Origin: Squalus acanthias
Taxonomy: Eukaryota
Direction of reading: 5' to 3'
Assembly: GCA_030390025.1 (NCBI GenBank)
Contig: CM059431.1
Coordinates: 94,242,001 to 94,306,000, forward strand
Length of the DNA stretch: 64,000 nucleotides
Shown: positions 52,336 through 64,000 of the stretch, one piece after another
How positions within the stretch are numbered: the first letter of the stretch is position 1
Layout of the letters: every line of letters starts with the position of its first letter
The notes under the pieces: model-generated
What the model was told of the DNA's origin: nothing
The model's input: only the letters and a program-made list of their open reading frames with translations
Database searches by the model: none
Translations under genes and position numbers: made by a program

Positions 52336-53088
52336 ATCCTCAAAATATTTCCCCACTCCAAAGAATCCGTGCACACGAAAGAGTGATGACCTTCTCTGTC
52401 CACAAAAATCACAGACCTGTAATTCTATTGTGATAAAGTGCTGTTGAAATGCGATGTTCTTTCTTTGAATAATGTATTTGGGGAATTAATCCCACTGTGG
52501 CCCATGATTCAGTCACCTGCCATCATATTATCAGGCCCATTATATTCCACAGTATCTGAACATTACTTATAACTGGACTTATTTCACCAGCTCCACTTCA
52601 TAAACAGTTAAGAAACACAATTTGAACCAAATGAATATCTCTGTTTCACACATAAGACATCAAAAATTACTATTAGTTATGTTTGCTACAGAGGCTGAGG
52701 ATATACATAACAATCTAGAAAATTAACATAAACTGACAAATAGCTTTAAAAGACCTGACACAGCCCCACATAAATGACAACTCAAAAATGGCCTTCAAGC
52801 TCTGAGAGGTGAAAACAAATAATTGCTGCAGTGAAAGTGCAGTAGGATACCACTGTCGGTAAAACCAACATTCCTTCAGTCATATTGGAGACAATGGGGG
52901 GAAAATTGGGTCTTGCCAATTTTGGGGCGCTAATATCGGCCGGGCACAAAGCTTAGCGCCGAGTGCGAAATTCGCCTCTATCGCCCCTGGAGGTGATTTG
53001 AGCGCTAAATCAGGCGCTACACACCTCTCTTAAGGTGCTAACATCGGGGAGCGAGGCGCTACCTCAGAACGCTACCGAAGCTCAGGCG

Positions 53089-53340
53089 ATGGGAGGCACA
53101 TCTGCCAAACACATGGCTGCACACAATAACGGCTATTCAACTATAGGAGGCACAACAGCCAAACACATGACTGCACACAATAACAGCTATTCAACTATGG
53201 GAGGCACATCAGCTAAACACATGGCTGCACAGAATAACGGCTATTCAACTATGGGAGGCAAATCTGCCAACCACATGGCTGCACACAATAACGGCTATTC
53301 GACTATGGGAGGCACATCAGCCAAACACATAGCTGCACAC
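53089..53340 (+). repeat. 54-bp tandem repeat, ~4.6 copies
   Basis: ATGGGAGGCACATCTGCCAAACACATGGCTGCACACAATAACGGCTATTCAACT, units starting 53089, 53143, 53197, 53251, 53305. Confidence 0.95.
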
Positions 53341-53369
53341 TCACTCAGACGCTGTCCTTTTTCTCGCAG

Positions 53370-54647
53370 GCCAAGCTCTCTCATAACAGGTGGGAGCAGC
53401 AATGCACGGGAGGAGGACTGGCTGACCTATACCCGCTGACCGATTTGGAGGCCAGAGTGCACAGGATCGTTGCCAGCCAGGTCACAGGTGCCGTGGCCAC
53501 TGGAGAGATCCACCCCCTTGGAGACAGCAATGGTATGTTCATCAGCTTTTTCTCCTCTCTCATACCACTTGCCTCTCACAACACCAGCCTTTTACACTTT
53601 CAATCCAACTAACAGTTTCTAGCCCTTGCTCCCTTCCTGCCCCCCCACTAAAGCCACTCTTGTATCTTCCTGCTTTCAGATACTGAACCACCAGCTGACC
53701 AGCCTGTCCCTCAACCTGCCAGTGGCAGCGATGTGCCAGACAAGGAGGAAGAGGAAGCCGGAGGCTCACCGCCTGCGTGTCCCGAGGATGACACATCCGA
53801 CACTGGGGCCACGCCTTCCCTGGAGGGGAGCAGGGGGTTAGGGTCTGATGAGGGCATGCACACTGAGCTCATGGGTGCAATGGCAAGGGTGTCCGACAGC
53901 ATGGATACACTGGCTAGGAGCGTGGAGGAGTCCACCGCCAGCACAGCTGTCATCTATGCGCAAACCCTTGAACCCATCCTTGCCTCGTTGCAGAGGATGG
54001 TGGAATTGCAGGGAGACTGTGGTGATCCAGGGCCCATGCCGCGTGTAATGGGTGAGGTGGCAGGATCCATTGCAGCACAGGCCAACGCAACGCAACGGTT
54101 TAGTGCTGCAATCGAGTCATTGGCTGGTGCCATCCAGTCTCAGACTGCTCTCATGCAGTCTCAGATTGATGTCAAGCAAGTGCTGACTGCTGCCATCCTT
54201 GCTGTGTCGCCCACAGTCCCACGGGGATCTCATGGTACCACAGCAGGCCAGCAATCTGTGCTCGAGTAGATTGCTCCGGATGCTGAGGTACTGCCCCGGG
54301 GGAGTGACAGTGTGTTGGTCGAGCAGGAAGGTGCTGTCCTCTCTCAGGATGACAGCATTCCTGCTCCCACCACTGCCACTTCCCCATTGCACTTGTCATG
54401 GCCTGCAACACAGCCAGCCCAGACTGCTGCCGCCCATGCAGAGTTGGTGCAGTCTGCAGCCGGGCCCTCCAGGCCCAGAGCTGGTCGAGGGCGTCCTTCA
54501 AGGCCATCTGCAGTCTCTGGATCCAGAACTCAGCAGCCTTCCACCAGCCTTGCTGCAGCCACTGGGGCCACATTACAGAGGAGCAGTAGGGTGGGAAGGG
54601 CGGAAGTGCGCAAGGGATGGAGATCACCCTCGAAGGCCCAGCAGTAG
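53370..54647 (+). pseudogene. Harbinger Myb/SANT gene exons 2-3 (exon 1 missing)
   Basis: Acceptor TCGCAG|GCCAAG; donor GTATGT ~53533; acceptor CTTTCAG ~53679; homologous to 22270-23290. Confidence 0.8.
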
Positions 54648-54954
54648 AATCTGTAAATAAATGGGGGGAATGTTTGTAAAAAAGTTCGAGGTTGTTGTTA
54701 TTATATTTGTTTACTATTTTGCCGTTTATCTTCATGTTGTGAGAACGAGTTTTGTTAGTTCATGAATTGTTGGGTTTGTTTCTAATTGTTTGTCCTGAAT
54801 AAATGACACAGAGTGTGTAATATAAATACATTTTTTTATTGTTACTTTACATCTTTGGTGATTTGACTCATTGCCGCTTTTCCCGGCATAGGGGGTGCGG
54901 GATGCTTTCGATGATGCGCTTCTTCATCCCAGAAGCCATCTTCTCTGTAAAGGG

Positions 54955-56085
54955 TTAGAATCGGTGTCTTATGAGCTGTTCACGGACGGCCCTTGCAGTG
55001 GCAACATTGTGCGCCTCCCTCCCATGTTGGTGCTGCTGATCCTCCTCTTCATCCTCCTCTTCCTCTTCTCCCTCTTCCTCCTCCTCCTCAGGTGGTCCAC
55101 CAATCCCTGGTGGCAATGGTTGGATCCTCATGATTGCAATGTTATGCAGCACACAACAATGAAAAGGGAGACTCGCTCGGGAGAGTACTGCAGGGCTCCT
55201 CCTGAGTGGTCCAGACACCGGAACCGTTGTTTCAACACGCCGATCGTCTGCTCTATGAGGTTCCTGATGGCGCTATGGCTCTCATTATATTGCAGTTTGG
55301 CAGGGGTGTTGGGGGTTATGGAGCGGTGTCATCAGTCAGGTGCAGAGTGGGTAACCCTTGTCCCCGAGGTTGACGTGGTGCTTGGAAGAGGTCTGCGACA
55401 CCAGTCTGGCACAGGATGAAAGCATCATGGCTGCTGCCAGGATAACGGGCATTGACGGCAAGTATGAGCTGTCTGTGGTCACAGACAAACTGGACATTCA
55501 AAGAGTGGAAGCCCTTGTGGTTTTGGAAAACCTCTGCATTCTCATGAGGTGCCTGCAATGCCACATGCGTGCAGTCAATGGCGCCCTGAACCACGGGGAA
55601 GCCTGCTATCCTAGCGAAGCCACATGCGCATTCGCACTGTTTGTCCTGGGTCATGGGGAACGAGATGTACTGGCGGCTCCTTTTTTGTCACCTCCCGGAT
55701 GCAACAATGAACGGCGAACTGGGAGATATTCACTATGTCTCCAGTAGAAGCCTGAAAGGAGCCACTGGCATAAAACTTGAGAGCCACCGTCACCTTCATT
55801 GCCACGACAGAGATGTCCTGGTCCTGAGCTGAGGCTGCAGATCTGGTTGCAGGAGGCGGCAGAGCTCAGTGACCACCTCCTTGCTGAAGTGCAGTCTGCG
55901 GAAACACTGCTCCTCGGACAAATGAATATAGGAGAATTTTACCCGGAATACCCTGGGAGGGTAAGGTCTCCTGTGCAGAGGCTTGTTGGCCCTCCTTCTG
56001 GCCACATTTGTCACACTCTCTCTCTGCGCCTCTGCTGCCTCCGAAGGTGAAGCTGGACATCGCCCCAAGTTAGTACAGCCCCCAT
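54955..56085 (-). pseudogene. Harbinger (HARBI1-like, DDE_Tnp_4) transposase, frameshifted
   Basis: RRPYPPRVFR; VALKFYASGSFQ; GFPVVQGAIDCTHV; KGFHSLNVQFVCD; YPGSSHDAFIL; DKGYP; IEQTIGVLKQRFRCL; CVLHNIA. Confidence 0.93.
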
Positions 56086-56833
56086 AGAAGCTTCTAAATA
56101 TGGTAAATATGAAGGTGAAATAAATATTAACCTCCAAAGTGGTTCTCAGGACACAAAACTCCTTAGAGCAGCGTCAAATCTCTCCAGACGTCTCTCTCCC
56201 TCTCAACCTGCATGTTCCAAAAATTTTGCCGACAAGAAAAGGCAGGAAGCGCCCCCAGCCCCTTCCCGACTTGAAAACGTTCCTAGCGGCAGGCGGTAAG
56301 GCAGGGGGTGTGACTCAATTTCCAGTCTGGGGCGCTACCGGGGCGTTACACACTCGACTGACATCACGATCTATGGGTGCAGAAGATCGTGGCGGTAGTG
56401 TTTGGCGCCAGTGCAAAATGACGTCAATTTCCCGAGCGGTGCTATAATCGCTGTGCTCAGGCGCTAATTTCCTAACGCCCCGTTAGCGCCCCCGGAGGAG
56501 CTAACGGGAGGCGCTAACCAACTGAATTTTTCCCCCAATAAACCTCAAAGAAGATTTTCCTTTTTAGCACTGTGATGTAAAGCTTTGTCTGGGCAGAATG
56601 CATAGAAGAAAATGTTGGATGGTGAGGATCACATGACTGTAATGGAGGCCTCCCAATTTTACATGCGTTTAAATGAATAGATGGAAAATCACATGAGCTC
56701 AACGTTCTGCCCAGGCAATGCTTTACTCCCAAGCATTAAAGCAGAAACCTGCCCCAATGGTTTATTTTACGATTCCTTGATCCCAACATGCAGCCAAATG
56801 TGACAGGAACACAGGCTAGAAAATCAAAAGTAT

Positions 56834-57573
56834 GGGCCAGAATTTTCTATCAAAATAACGGTGCGGCTACTGCTGCTCATCTTTATTTAGCAACGTCAGG
56901 TGAGGAGCAGATGCGCAGTTAAATGCAAGTATCCAAAAGTTGCTGTCTGAGTTGTGCTGCTCCGCTGGTAGCTTTGTGAAAACGGCATTTCGCTGTGTGC
57001 CTCACCATTGACATGCATTGAATGTAGCTGCATTTACACGGCAGATACGAACTAAACCTGTCCCAGGTACTTAGGGCTTGGTAGCCTAAATACACTTTTA
57101 ACAACGTGATAATTGTTAATTATTGTCAATAAACCTCTATGGCACTTAAAATGAATTATTACAAATGTGGAGTCTCATTCCTTCAGGCTTTGAATTTTTT
57201 GGGGAGATTTTTAAAAAATTAATTAAAAAAATGTTTTCTTACTTTTCCTTTCTGTATCTTTTATCTTTCTCTTAAACCAATCTTTTCCCCCCTCTCTTTA
57301 TTTCTCTTTCTGTATCTGAATTGACATTGAATTCACCCTTTTAATTCACCCTTCTTCTCAGTCCTTCCTGTGCTTATTTCATTGGTTAAGGAGATACACT
57401 GTTGGTTTCCCTGTTCACTCAGGTTCCAGATGCCCTGTTTCCCTCGCTGCACCGTTATCAGCTCGCACTTTCACCAACATTGTGAGCAAATATCTTTTGA
57501 GCTGAAGGGTGCAGGGGCAAGTCTAACTAATGGCAGACGCCATTAGATGCCCTGATGCAGCCAATTCTGGCCC
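56834..57573. mobile_element. Harbinger MITE
   Basis: Perfect 11-bp TIR GGGCCAGAATT / AATTCTGGCCC; TSD TAT. Confidence 0.88.
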
Positions 57574-58353
57574 TATAATGTTGTAGTTCTACTTCCAATA
57601 TACTTGTGGATCCAGCTTGGGATCCCTGAATTTACCCTTATCAGTCTAAAGGATACAATTGTTGAAGAATCAAAGTTTATTTTCTAGAAGGGGGTTCTAG
57701 GACCATGTCTGGCCCCAGACAATTTAGATTTTTTACTATTTTATTTGGTGCGTTTTCCAGCATTTTGAGGTGTGCAATGAGTAAAGGCATTGAGGTTCTT
57801 TTTAATAATAAATTAAAAGGGCTTTTGCTTGATTCTGTTGAAAACTACACTCTATTTCACATTTAGGAATTTAAAAAAAAATATATATATATTCTGAAGC
57901 TTCTTTCTCCCAGTAACAGCAGAATATCCATTACTGGGACAAAAAGCTTTAATTTTTTTTAATTACTTATGGGATTCAAACCTGATCTTATTGACAATTA
58001 TATCATTCAAATTAGGACTGCAGAAAAAATGCAAAATTGAACTACTTCCAAATGTTGCCCTCATCTACACCCAGCCGCCCACCCCCACCTCTTGAAGATA
58101 GTGGTGAATTCCAGAGTGAGCTGGGGACATTGCTCCCCCCTGGAAAATGTTGCATTTTTAGATTAATGCTGGATTATGATAAATGTTAAACATATTTTAC
58201 TTTGCAATTGAAAAGATCTTTAATCTAACAAAGGAAAGGTAAGTGACATTTGGGATTTCATCAGATCATCACATCCACTGAAGTTTCCTCAACTTTTCCC
58301 CCTTCACAGAGATAATCTCTCCCTGTAGTTCCTTCTCAAACTTCACAACAGCA

Positions 58354-61300
58354 TGTGAAGGAATAAGCCATATAACCTATTCAGAAAAATACACCATCTT
58401 ATGAAAGAATTCTGGCCTTATTAAAACATGACAAACTTTGGAAATTTAGAAACCTAACTATGAAATAGCTATGAAAGCATTCTGGCTATTGAGATAAGAT
58501 AGTTGTTGACCCTAAATAAATAACCTTATTGAAACAGAAGGTTAAGGGCTCCGACAGGCTGAACTTTTTGGAATGAAACAATGGTTCACCCTGGATAAGG
58601 TGTTCTAATTTACACTTCGTAAAGGAGCACATAAAGTAAGGAACATCTGTCCTCATAAAGATGACATAAAGTAAGAAACATCTGCTGTCACACCGTTTTT
58701 TATATGGTAAACTTAGAACACCTCGAGATGAGACATGAGTCTGGCAGAGGTCAGCAGAAAAATGACCAGAGATAATTAGCTTACATCAGCAGAAAACCTT
58801 AAAGGAAATACCAATGGAAAAGGGTATAAATATTGAACTCTCAAATGGGATAACAGACTCACTTTAATCGGGCAAAGCGATTCTCGGCTTCAGAGGTGGC
58901 TCTGTAAGTCTCCAACTCTTTGTACCTCGGGGATCAAGGGTATTTGATTTTGGTGGATATCCTGTAGAACACTAAGAACTAGAAAATTGTAGCAAAGTTA
59001 AGATTTGAAAGTAAGGTTCTCTGATAATAAGATTGTAAGCTTTCTCTTTTTGAAACTGTTAATGTTGCGATTGAATCACCAACTGTAAACTGCATGTCGG
59101 TTCTTTAATAAATCTATAGTTTGACAGTTAAGGTTAATAGTTTATAAAGTTTAGAAGGTCTTAATTTTGAGGTTATAGTTTCGAAGGTCTCTATTGTGTA
59201 GCGGGGAGTGCGAGTAAACAAGGGCCCTTGAGTACATCATTTAATTGTAGTTTAATTAGTGATATTGATTTGACTTAATTTAATTTAAATTAATTAAAGG
59301 GTAAGTCATGGTAGCACAGCTCGGCCCCATGGCATGCTCCTCCTGCACTATGTGGGAAATCAGGGACACTTCCTGTGTCCCTGACAACAATGTGTGCGGG
59401 ATGTGTATCCAGCTGCAGCTACTGGCAGACCACATTGTGGCGCTGGAGCTGCGAATGAATACATACTGGAGCATTTGTGATGCTGAGGACATCGTGGATA
59501 GCACGTTTAATGAGTTGGTCACATCGCAGGTAAAATCTGCACAGGCAGGAAGGGAATGGGTGACCGTGGGGCAGAGAAGTAGGCGTAGGCAGGTAGTGCA
59601 GGGGTCCCCTGTGGCCATCCCCCTCTCAAGCAGATATACCGCTTTGGATATTGTTGAGGGAGATGGCTTATTGGGGGAAGGCAACAGCAGCCAACTTCCT
59701 GGCACCATGGGTGGTTCTGCTGCACAGGACGGGAGGAAAAAGAGCGGGAGAGCTATGTGATAGGGGATTCGATTGTAAGGGGAATAGATAGGCATTTCTG
59801 CGGCCGCAAACGAGACTCCAGGATGGTATGTTGCCTCCCTGGTGCAAGGGTCAAGGATGTCTCGGAGCGGCTGCAGGGCATTCTGGAGGGGGAGGGTGAA
59901 CAGCCAGTTGTCGTGGTGCATATAGGTGCCAACGATATAGGTAAAAAATGGGATGCGGTCCTAAAAGCTGAATATAGGGAGTTAGGAGGTAAATTAAAAA
60001 ATAGGACCTCAAAGGTAGTAATCTCAGGATTGCTACCAGTGCCACGTGCTAGTCAGAGTAGAAATAGAAGGATATTTCAGATGAATACGTGGCTAGAGGA
60101 ATGGTGCAAGGGGGAGGAATTCAAATTCCTGGGACATTGAACCAGTTCTGGGGGAAGTGGGGCCAGTACAAACTGGACGGTTTGCACCTGGGCAGGACCG
60201 GGACCGATGTCCTCGGGGGAGTTTGCTAGTGCTGTTGGGGAGGATTTAAACTAAAGTGGCAGGGGGTTGGGAACCTGTGCAGGGAGACAGAGGAAAGGGA
60301 AGCAAGGATAGAAGCAAAAGACAGGAAGGACAAAAGCAAAAGTGGAAGTCAGAGAAATCAAGGAAGTAAATCAAACATGGCCACAGTAAACAATAATTCT
60401 AAAAGGCCTAAGAGTGTTAAAAAAACAAGCCTGAAGGCTTTGTGTCTTAATGCGAGGAGCATTCGTAATAAGGTGGATGAATTAGCTGCGCAAATACATG
60501 TAAACGGATATGATATAATTGGGATTACGGAGACATGGCTCCAGGGTGACCAAGGCTGGGAATTCAACATCAGGGGTATTCAATATTCAGGAAGGACAGG
60601 CAAAAAGGAAAAGGAGGTGGGGTAGCATTGCTGGTTAAAGAGGAGATTAACACAATAGTAAGGAAGGATATTAGCTCTGATGATGTGGAATTTGTATGGG
60701 TAGAGCTCAGAAATACCAAGGGGCAGAAAATGTTAGTGGGAGTTGTATACAGACCCCCAAACAGTAATGCTGAGGTTGGGGATGACATTAAATGGGAAAT
60801 TAGAGACGCGTACAATAAGGGCACAGCAGTTATCATGGGTGACTTTAATTTACATATAGATTGGGCTAACCAAATTAGTAACAATACTGTGGAGGAGGAA
60901 TTGCTAAAGTGTATATGGGATGGTTTCCTGGACCAATATGACGAGGAACCAACCAGAGATCAGGCCATTTAGACTGGGTATTATGTCATGAGAAAGGATT
61001 AATTAGCAATTTAATGTGCGAGGCCCCTTGGGGAGGAGCGATCATAATATGATAGAATTCTTCATTAAGATGGAGAGTGAAGTAGTTGACTCAGAGACTA
61101 GGGTCCTGAATTTAAATAAAAGAAACTACAATGGTATGAGGTGCGAGTTGGCTAGGATGGATTGGGGAATGTTACTTAAAGGGTTGATGGTGGATAGGCA
61201 ATGGCAAACATTTAAAGATTGCATGGATGAACTACAGAATTTGTTCATCCCTGTTTGGCATAAAAATAAAACAAAAAAGGTGACTCAACCGTGGCTAACA

Positions 61301-63656
61301 AGGGAAATTAGGGATAGCATAAGATCCAAGGAGAGGACATATAAATCGGCCAGAAAAAGCAGCAAACCTGAGGATTGGGAGCAGTTTAGGATTCAGCAAA
61401 GGTGGACAAAGGGATTAATTAAGATGGGGAAAATAGAGCATGAGAGTAAGTTTGCAGGGAACATAAAAACTGACTGTAAAAGCTTCTATAGATATGTGAA
61501 GAGAAAAAGATTGGTGAAGTCAAGCGTAGGTCCCTTGCAGTCAGAATCAGGGGGATTTATAATGGGGAACAAAGAAATGGCATACCAATTAAATACATAC
61601 TTTAGTTCTGTCTTCACAAAGGAGGACACAAATAACCTCCCAGAGATGTCGGGGAACATAGGGTCTAATGAGAGGGAGGAACTGAATGAAATCAGTATTT
61701 GTAGGGAAATGGTGTTAGGGAAATTGATGGGATTGAAGGCTGATAAATCCCCAGGGCCTGATAATCTACGTCCTAGGGTGCTTAAGGAAGTGGCCCTAGA
61801 AATAGTAGATGCATTGCTGGTCATCTTTCAAAATTCTATAGACTCTGGAACAGTTCCCATGGATTGGAGGGTAGCTAATGTAACCCCACTATTTAAAAAA
61901 GGTGGTAGAGAGAAAACGGAGAGCCTGACATCGGTAGTGGGGAAAATGCTAGAGTCCATTATAAAAGATGTAATAGCAGAGCACTTGGAAAACAGTGACA
62001 GGATCGGACAAAGTCAGCATGGATTTACAAAAGGTAAATCATGCTTGACTAATCTACTGGAATTTTTTGAGGATGTAACTGGTAGAATAGATAAGGGAGA
62101 ACCAGTGGATGTGGTGTATTTGGACTTTCAGAAGGCTTTTGATAAAGTCCCGCATAAGAGATTAGCGTGCAAAGATAAAGCACATGGGATTGGGGGTAAG
62201 GCACTGACTTGGATAGAGAACTGGTTAGCAGACAGGAAGCAAAGAGTTGGAATAAACGGGTCTTTTTTCCAAGTAGCAGGCAGTGACTAGTGGGGTACCG
62301 CAGGGATTGGTGCTAGGACCCCAGCTATTCACAATATATATTAATGATCTAGACGAGGGAACTAGATGTAATTTCTCCAAGTTTGCAGACGACACAAAGC
62401 TGGGCCGGCGTGTGTGCTGTGAGGAGGATGCAGAGAAACTCCAGTATGATTTGGACAGGTTGGGTGATTGGGCAGATGCATGGCAGATGCAGTATAATGT
62501 GGATAAATGCTAGGTTATCCACTTTGGTGGCAAAAACAGGAAGACAGATTATTATCTGAGCGGCAATTGATTGGGAAAAGGGGAAGTGCAACGAGACCTT
62601 TGTGTCCTTGTGCACCAGTCGCTGAAGGTAAGCATGTCGGTGCAGCAGGCGGTTAAGAAGGCAAATGGTATGTTGGCCTTCATAGTGAGAAGATTTGAGT
62701 ACAGGAGCAAGGATGCCTTGCTGCAGTTGTACAGGGCCTTGGTGAGACCACACCTTGAGTATTGTGTGCAGTTTTGGTCGCCTTATCTGAGGAAGGATGT
62801 TCTTGCCATGGAGGGAGTGCAGCGAAGATTCACCAGACTGATACCTGGGATGGCAGGAATGACATATGAAGAGAGATTGGGTCGATTAGGCTTATATTCG
62901 CTAGAGTTTAGAAGAATGAGAGGGGATCTCATTGAAACTTATAAAATTCTAACAGGACTAGACAGACTAGATGTAGGAAGGATATTCCCGATGGCGGGGG
63001 AATCCAGAACCAGGGGTCACAGTCTAAGGATAAGGGGTAAGCCATTTAGGACCGAGATGAGGAGGAATTTCTTCACCCAGAGAGTGGTGAACCTGTGGAA
63101 TTCTCTACCACAGAAGGCAGTTGAGGCCAATTCATTAAATATATTCAAGAAGGAGTTAGATATATTTCTTAAGGCTAAAGGGATCAAGGGATATGGGGAG
63201 AAAGCAGGGACAGGGTACTGAAATGGATGATCAGCCATGATCTCATTAAATGGCGGGACAGGCTCGAGGGGCCGAATGGCCTACTCCTCCTCCTATCTTC
63301 TATGTTTCTATATATTTTTAGAATTGTCTCACATAAGACTTCTGTATCAAAAACTCGCGAACTCAATCTCTGTACACTCTTTGGTGAGGAGTTGTAGAAT
63401 TCTGAGGGAGTTTTCCGGACCCTCATAATATCCGGAACGTTACAGTCTAGCTAAACTTATTAAAAGCGGTATCTGGAGGACGGTAACATTCTTGGGTTCT
63501 TCCTTTCCTTTAGGGAGATATAGTCTGGACCTTTAGACCCAATTAAGCGTCTTTAGGATTCGACTACCTCAAACTTTAGTTGAAAGTGAACGTCTTGAGA
63601 AATAGGCCTGATCCGGGGTAGCCCTAAAGGGTCTAAGACTAGTAATTAACCCTTCA
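58354..63656 (+). mobile_element. Probable ~1.2 kb solo LTR split by a CR1 insertion
   Basis: (TG)TGAAGG at 58354 and CCTTCA ending 63656, both flanked by AGCA; TATAAATA ~58825; AATAAA ~59108. Confidence 0.55.
59195..63312 (+). mobile_element. Near full-length CR1 LINE (ORF1 zinc finger/leucine zipper + SGNH esterase; ORF2 EN/RT), disabled
   Basis: ORF1 59308-60260 (CSSC..CGMC; IGDSIVRG; VVHIGANDI); ORF2 60377-63221 in four or more frames; TTCTATGTTTCTAT tail. Confidence 0.95.
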
Positions 63657-63744
63657 AGCATTCTGTCCCCCAACTCTGCCACCCCCAGATCATAGACACA
63701 CAGCACCCTCCCCACCCCCAGTCCTCCCAGTTCACAGAGACACT

Positions 63745-64000
63745 GAGGGGAATTTTAACATGGTGGAGCACGTGGGTTGGGTGCGGGTAGGGGTTTAAAT
63801 CCATGGAAAATGTTAGCGAGTCGGGAAGTCGGCTCCAACCCACAGACTTCCACATTTTACTCGAACACGTTAGGCTGCGTGCGTGCAACCTCCTCGGGAG
63901 AAGTGAGTTGCCAATTAACAAATGTTAATTGCTCAATTAGAGAGATATTTACACACACCTTTGAGTTTAACGTCGGGCCTCTGGGTTTCCCGGGCTTCCT
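63745..64000. mobile_element. Probable start of another Harbinger-like element
   Basis: GAGGGGAATTTT TIR-like start; GC-rich subterminal region resembling 40156-40350. Confidence 0.45.

Larger units (their letters stand above)
52896..56536. mobile_element. Harbinger transposon with both TIRs and both genes (decayed)
   Basis: GGGGGGAAAATT ... AATTTTTCCCCC; TSD AAT (52893-95, 56537-39); convergent Myb/SANT-gene exons and transposase. Confidence 0.93.

Noticed and set aside
54955..56085. Domesticated HARBI1 / NAIF1 host genes
   Set aside because: Frameshifted, multi-copy and enclosed by TIRs with a TSD.

Overview
Repeat-dense vertebrate genomic DNA, most likely from a cartilaginous fish (HE1-type V-SINE, SacSINE1/DeuSINE-like SINE, shark-type CR1 tails). 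About 90% is repeat-derived: a ~12 kb array of a 27-bp minisatellite (2803-14869); stacked PIF/Harbinger transposons (spliced Myb/SANT gene convergent with a HARBI1-like transposase) and their MITEs; a nest of CR1/L2-group LINEs containing one uninterrupted ORF2 and an internal inversion; and two probable solo LTRs. Two features stand out. (1) A 6.6 kb two-LTR provirus-like element (43964-50558) with a tRNA-Arg-like PBS, coiled-coil Gag, integrase remnant, no visible PR/RT, and a decayed envelope gene whose layout looks like an F-type fusion protein (lokiretrovirus-like) with a possible Ig-like domain in front. (2) A single host exon (15051-15159), absent from the ORF track, encoding a transmembrane segment with an intramembrane arginine, as in FcR-gamma-coupled activating immune receptors. 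All calls are by eye; no database searches were run.
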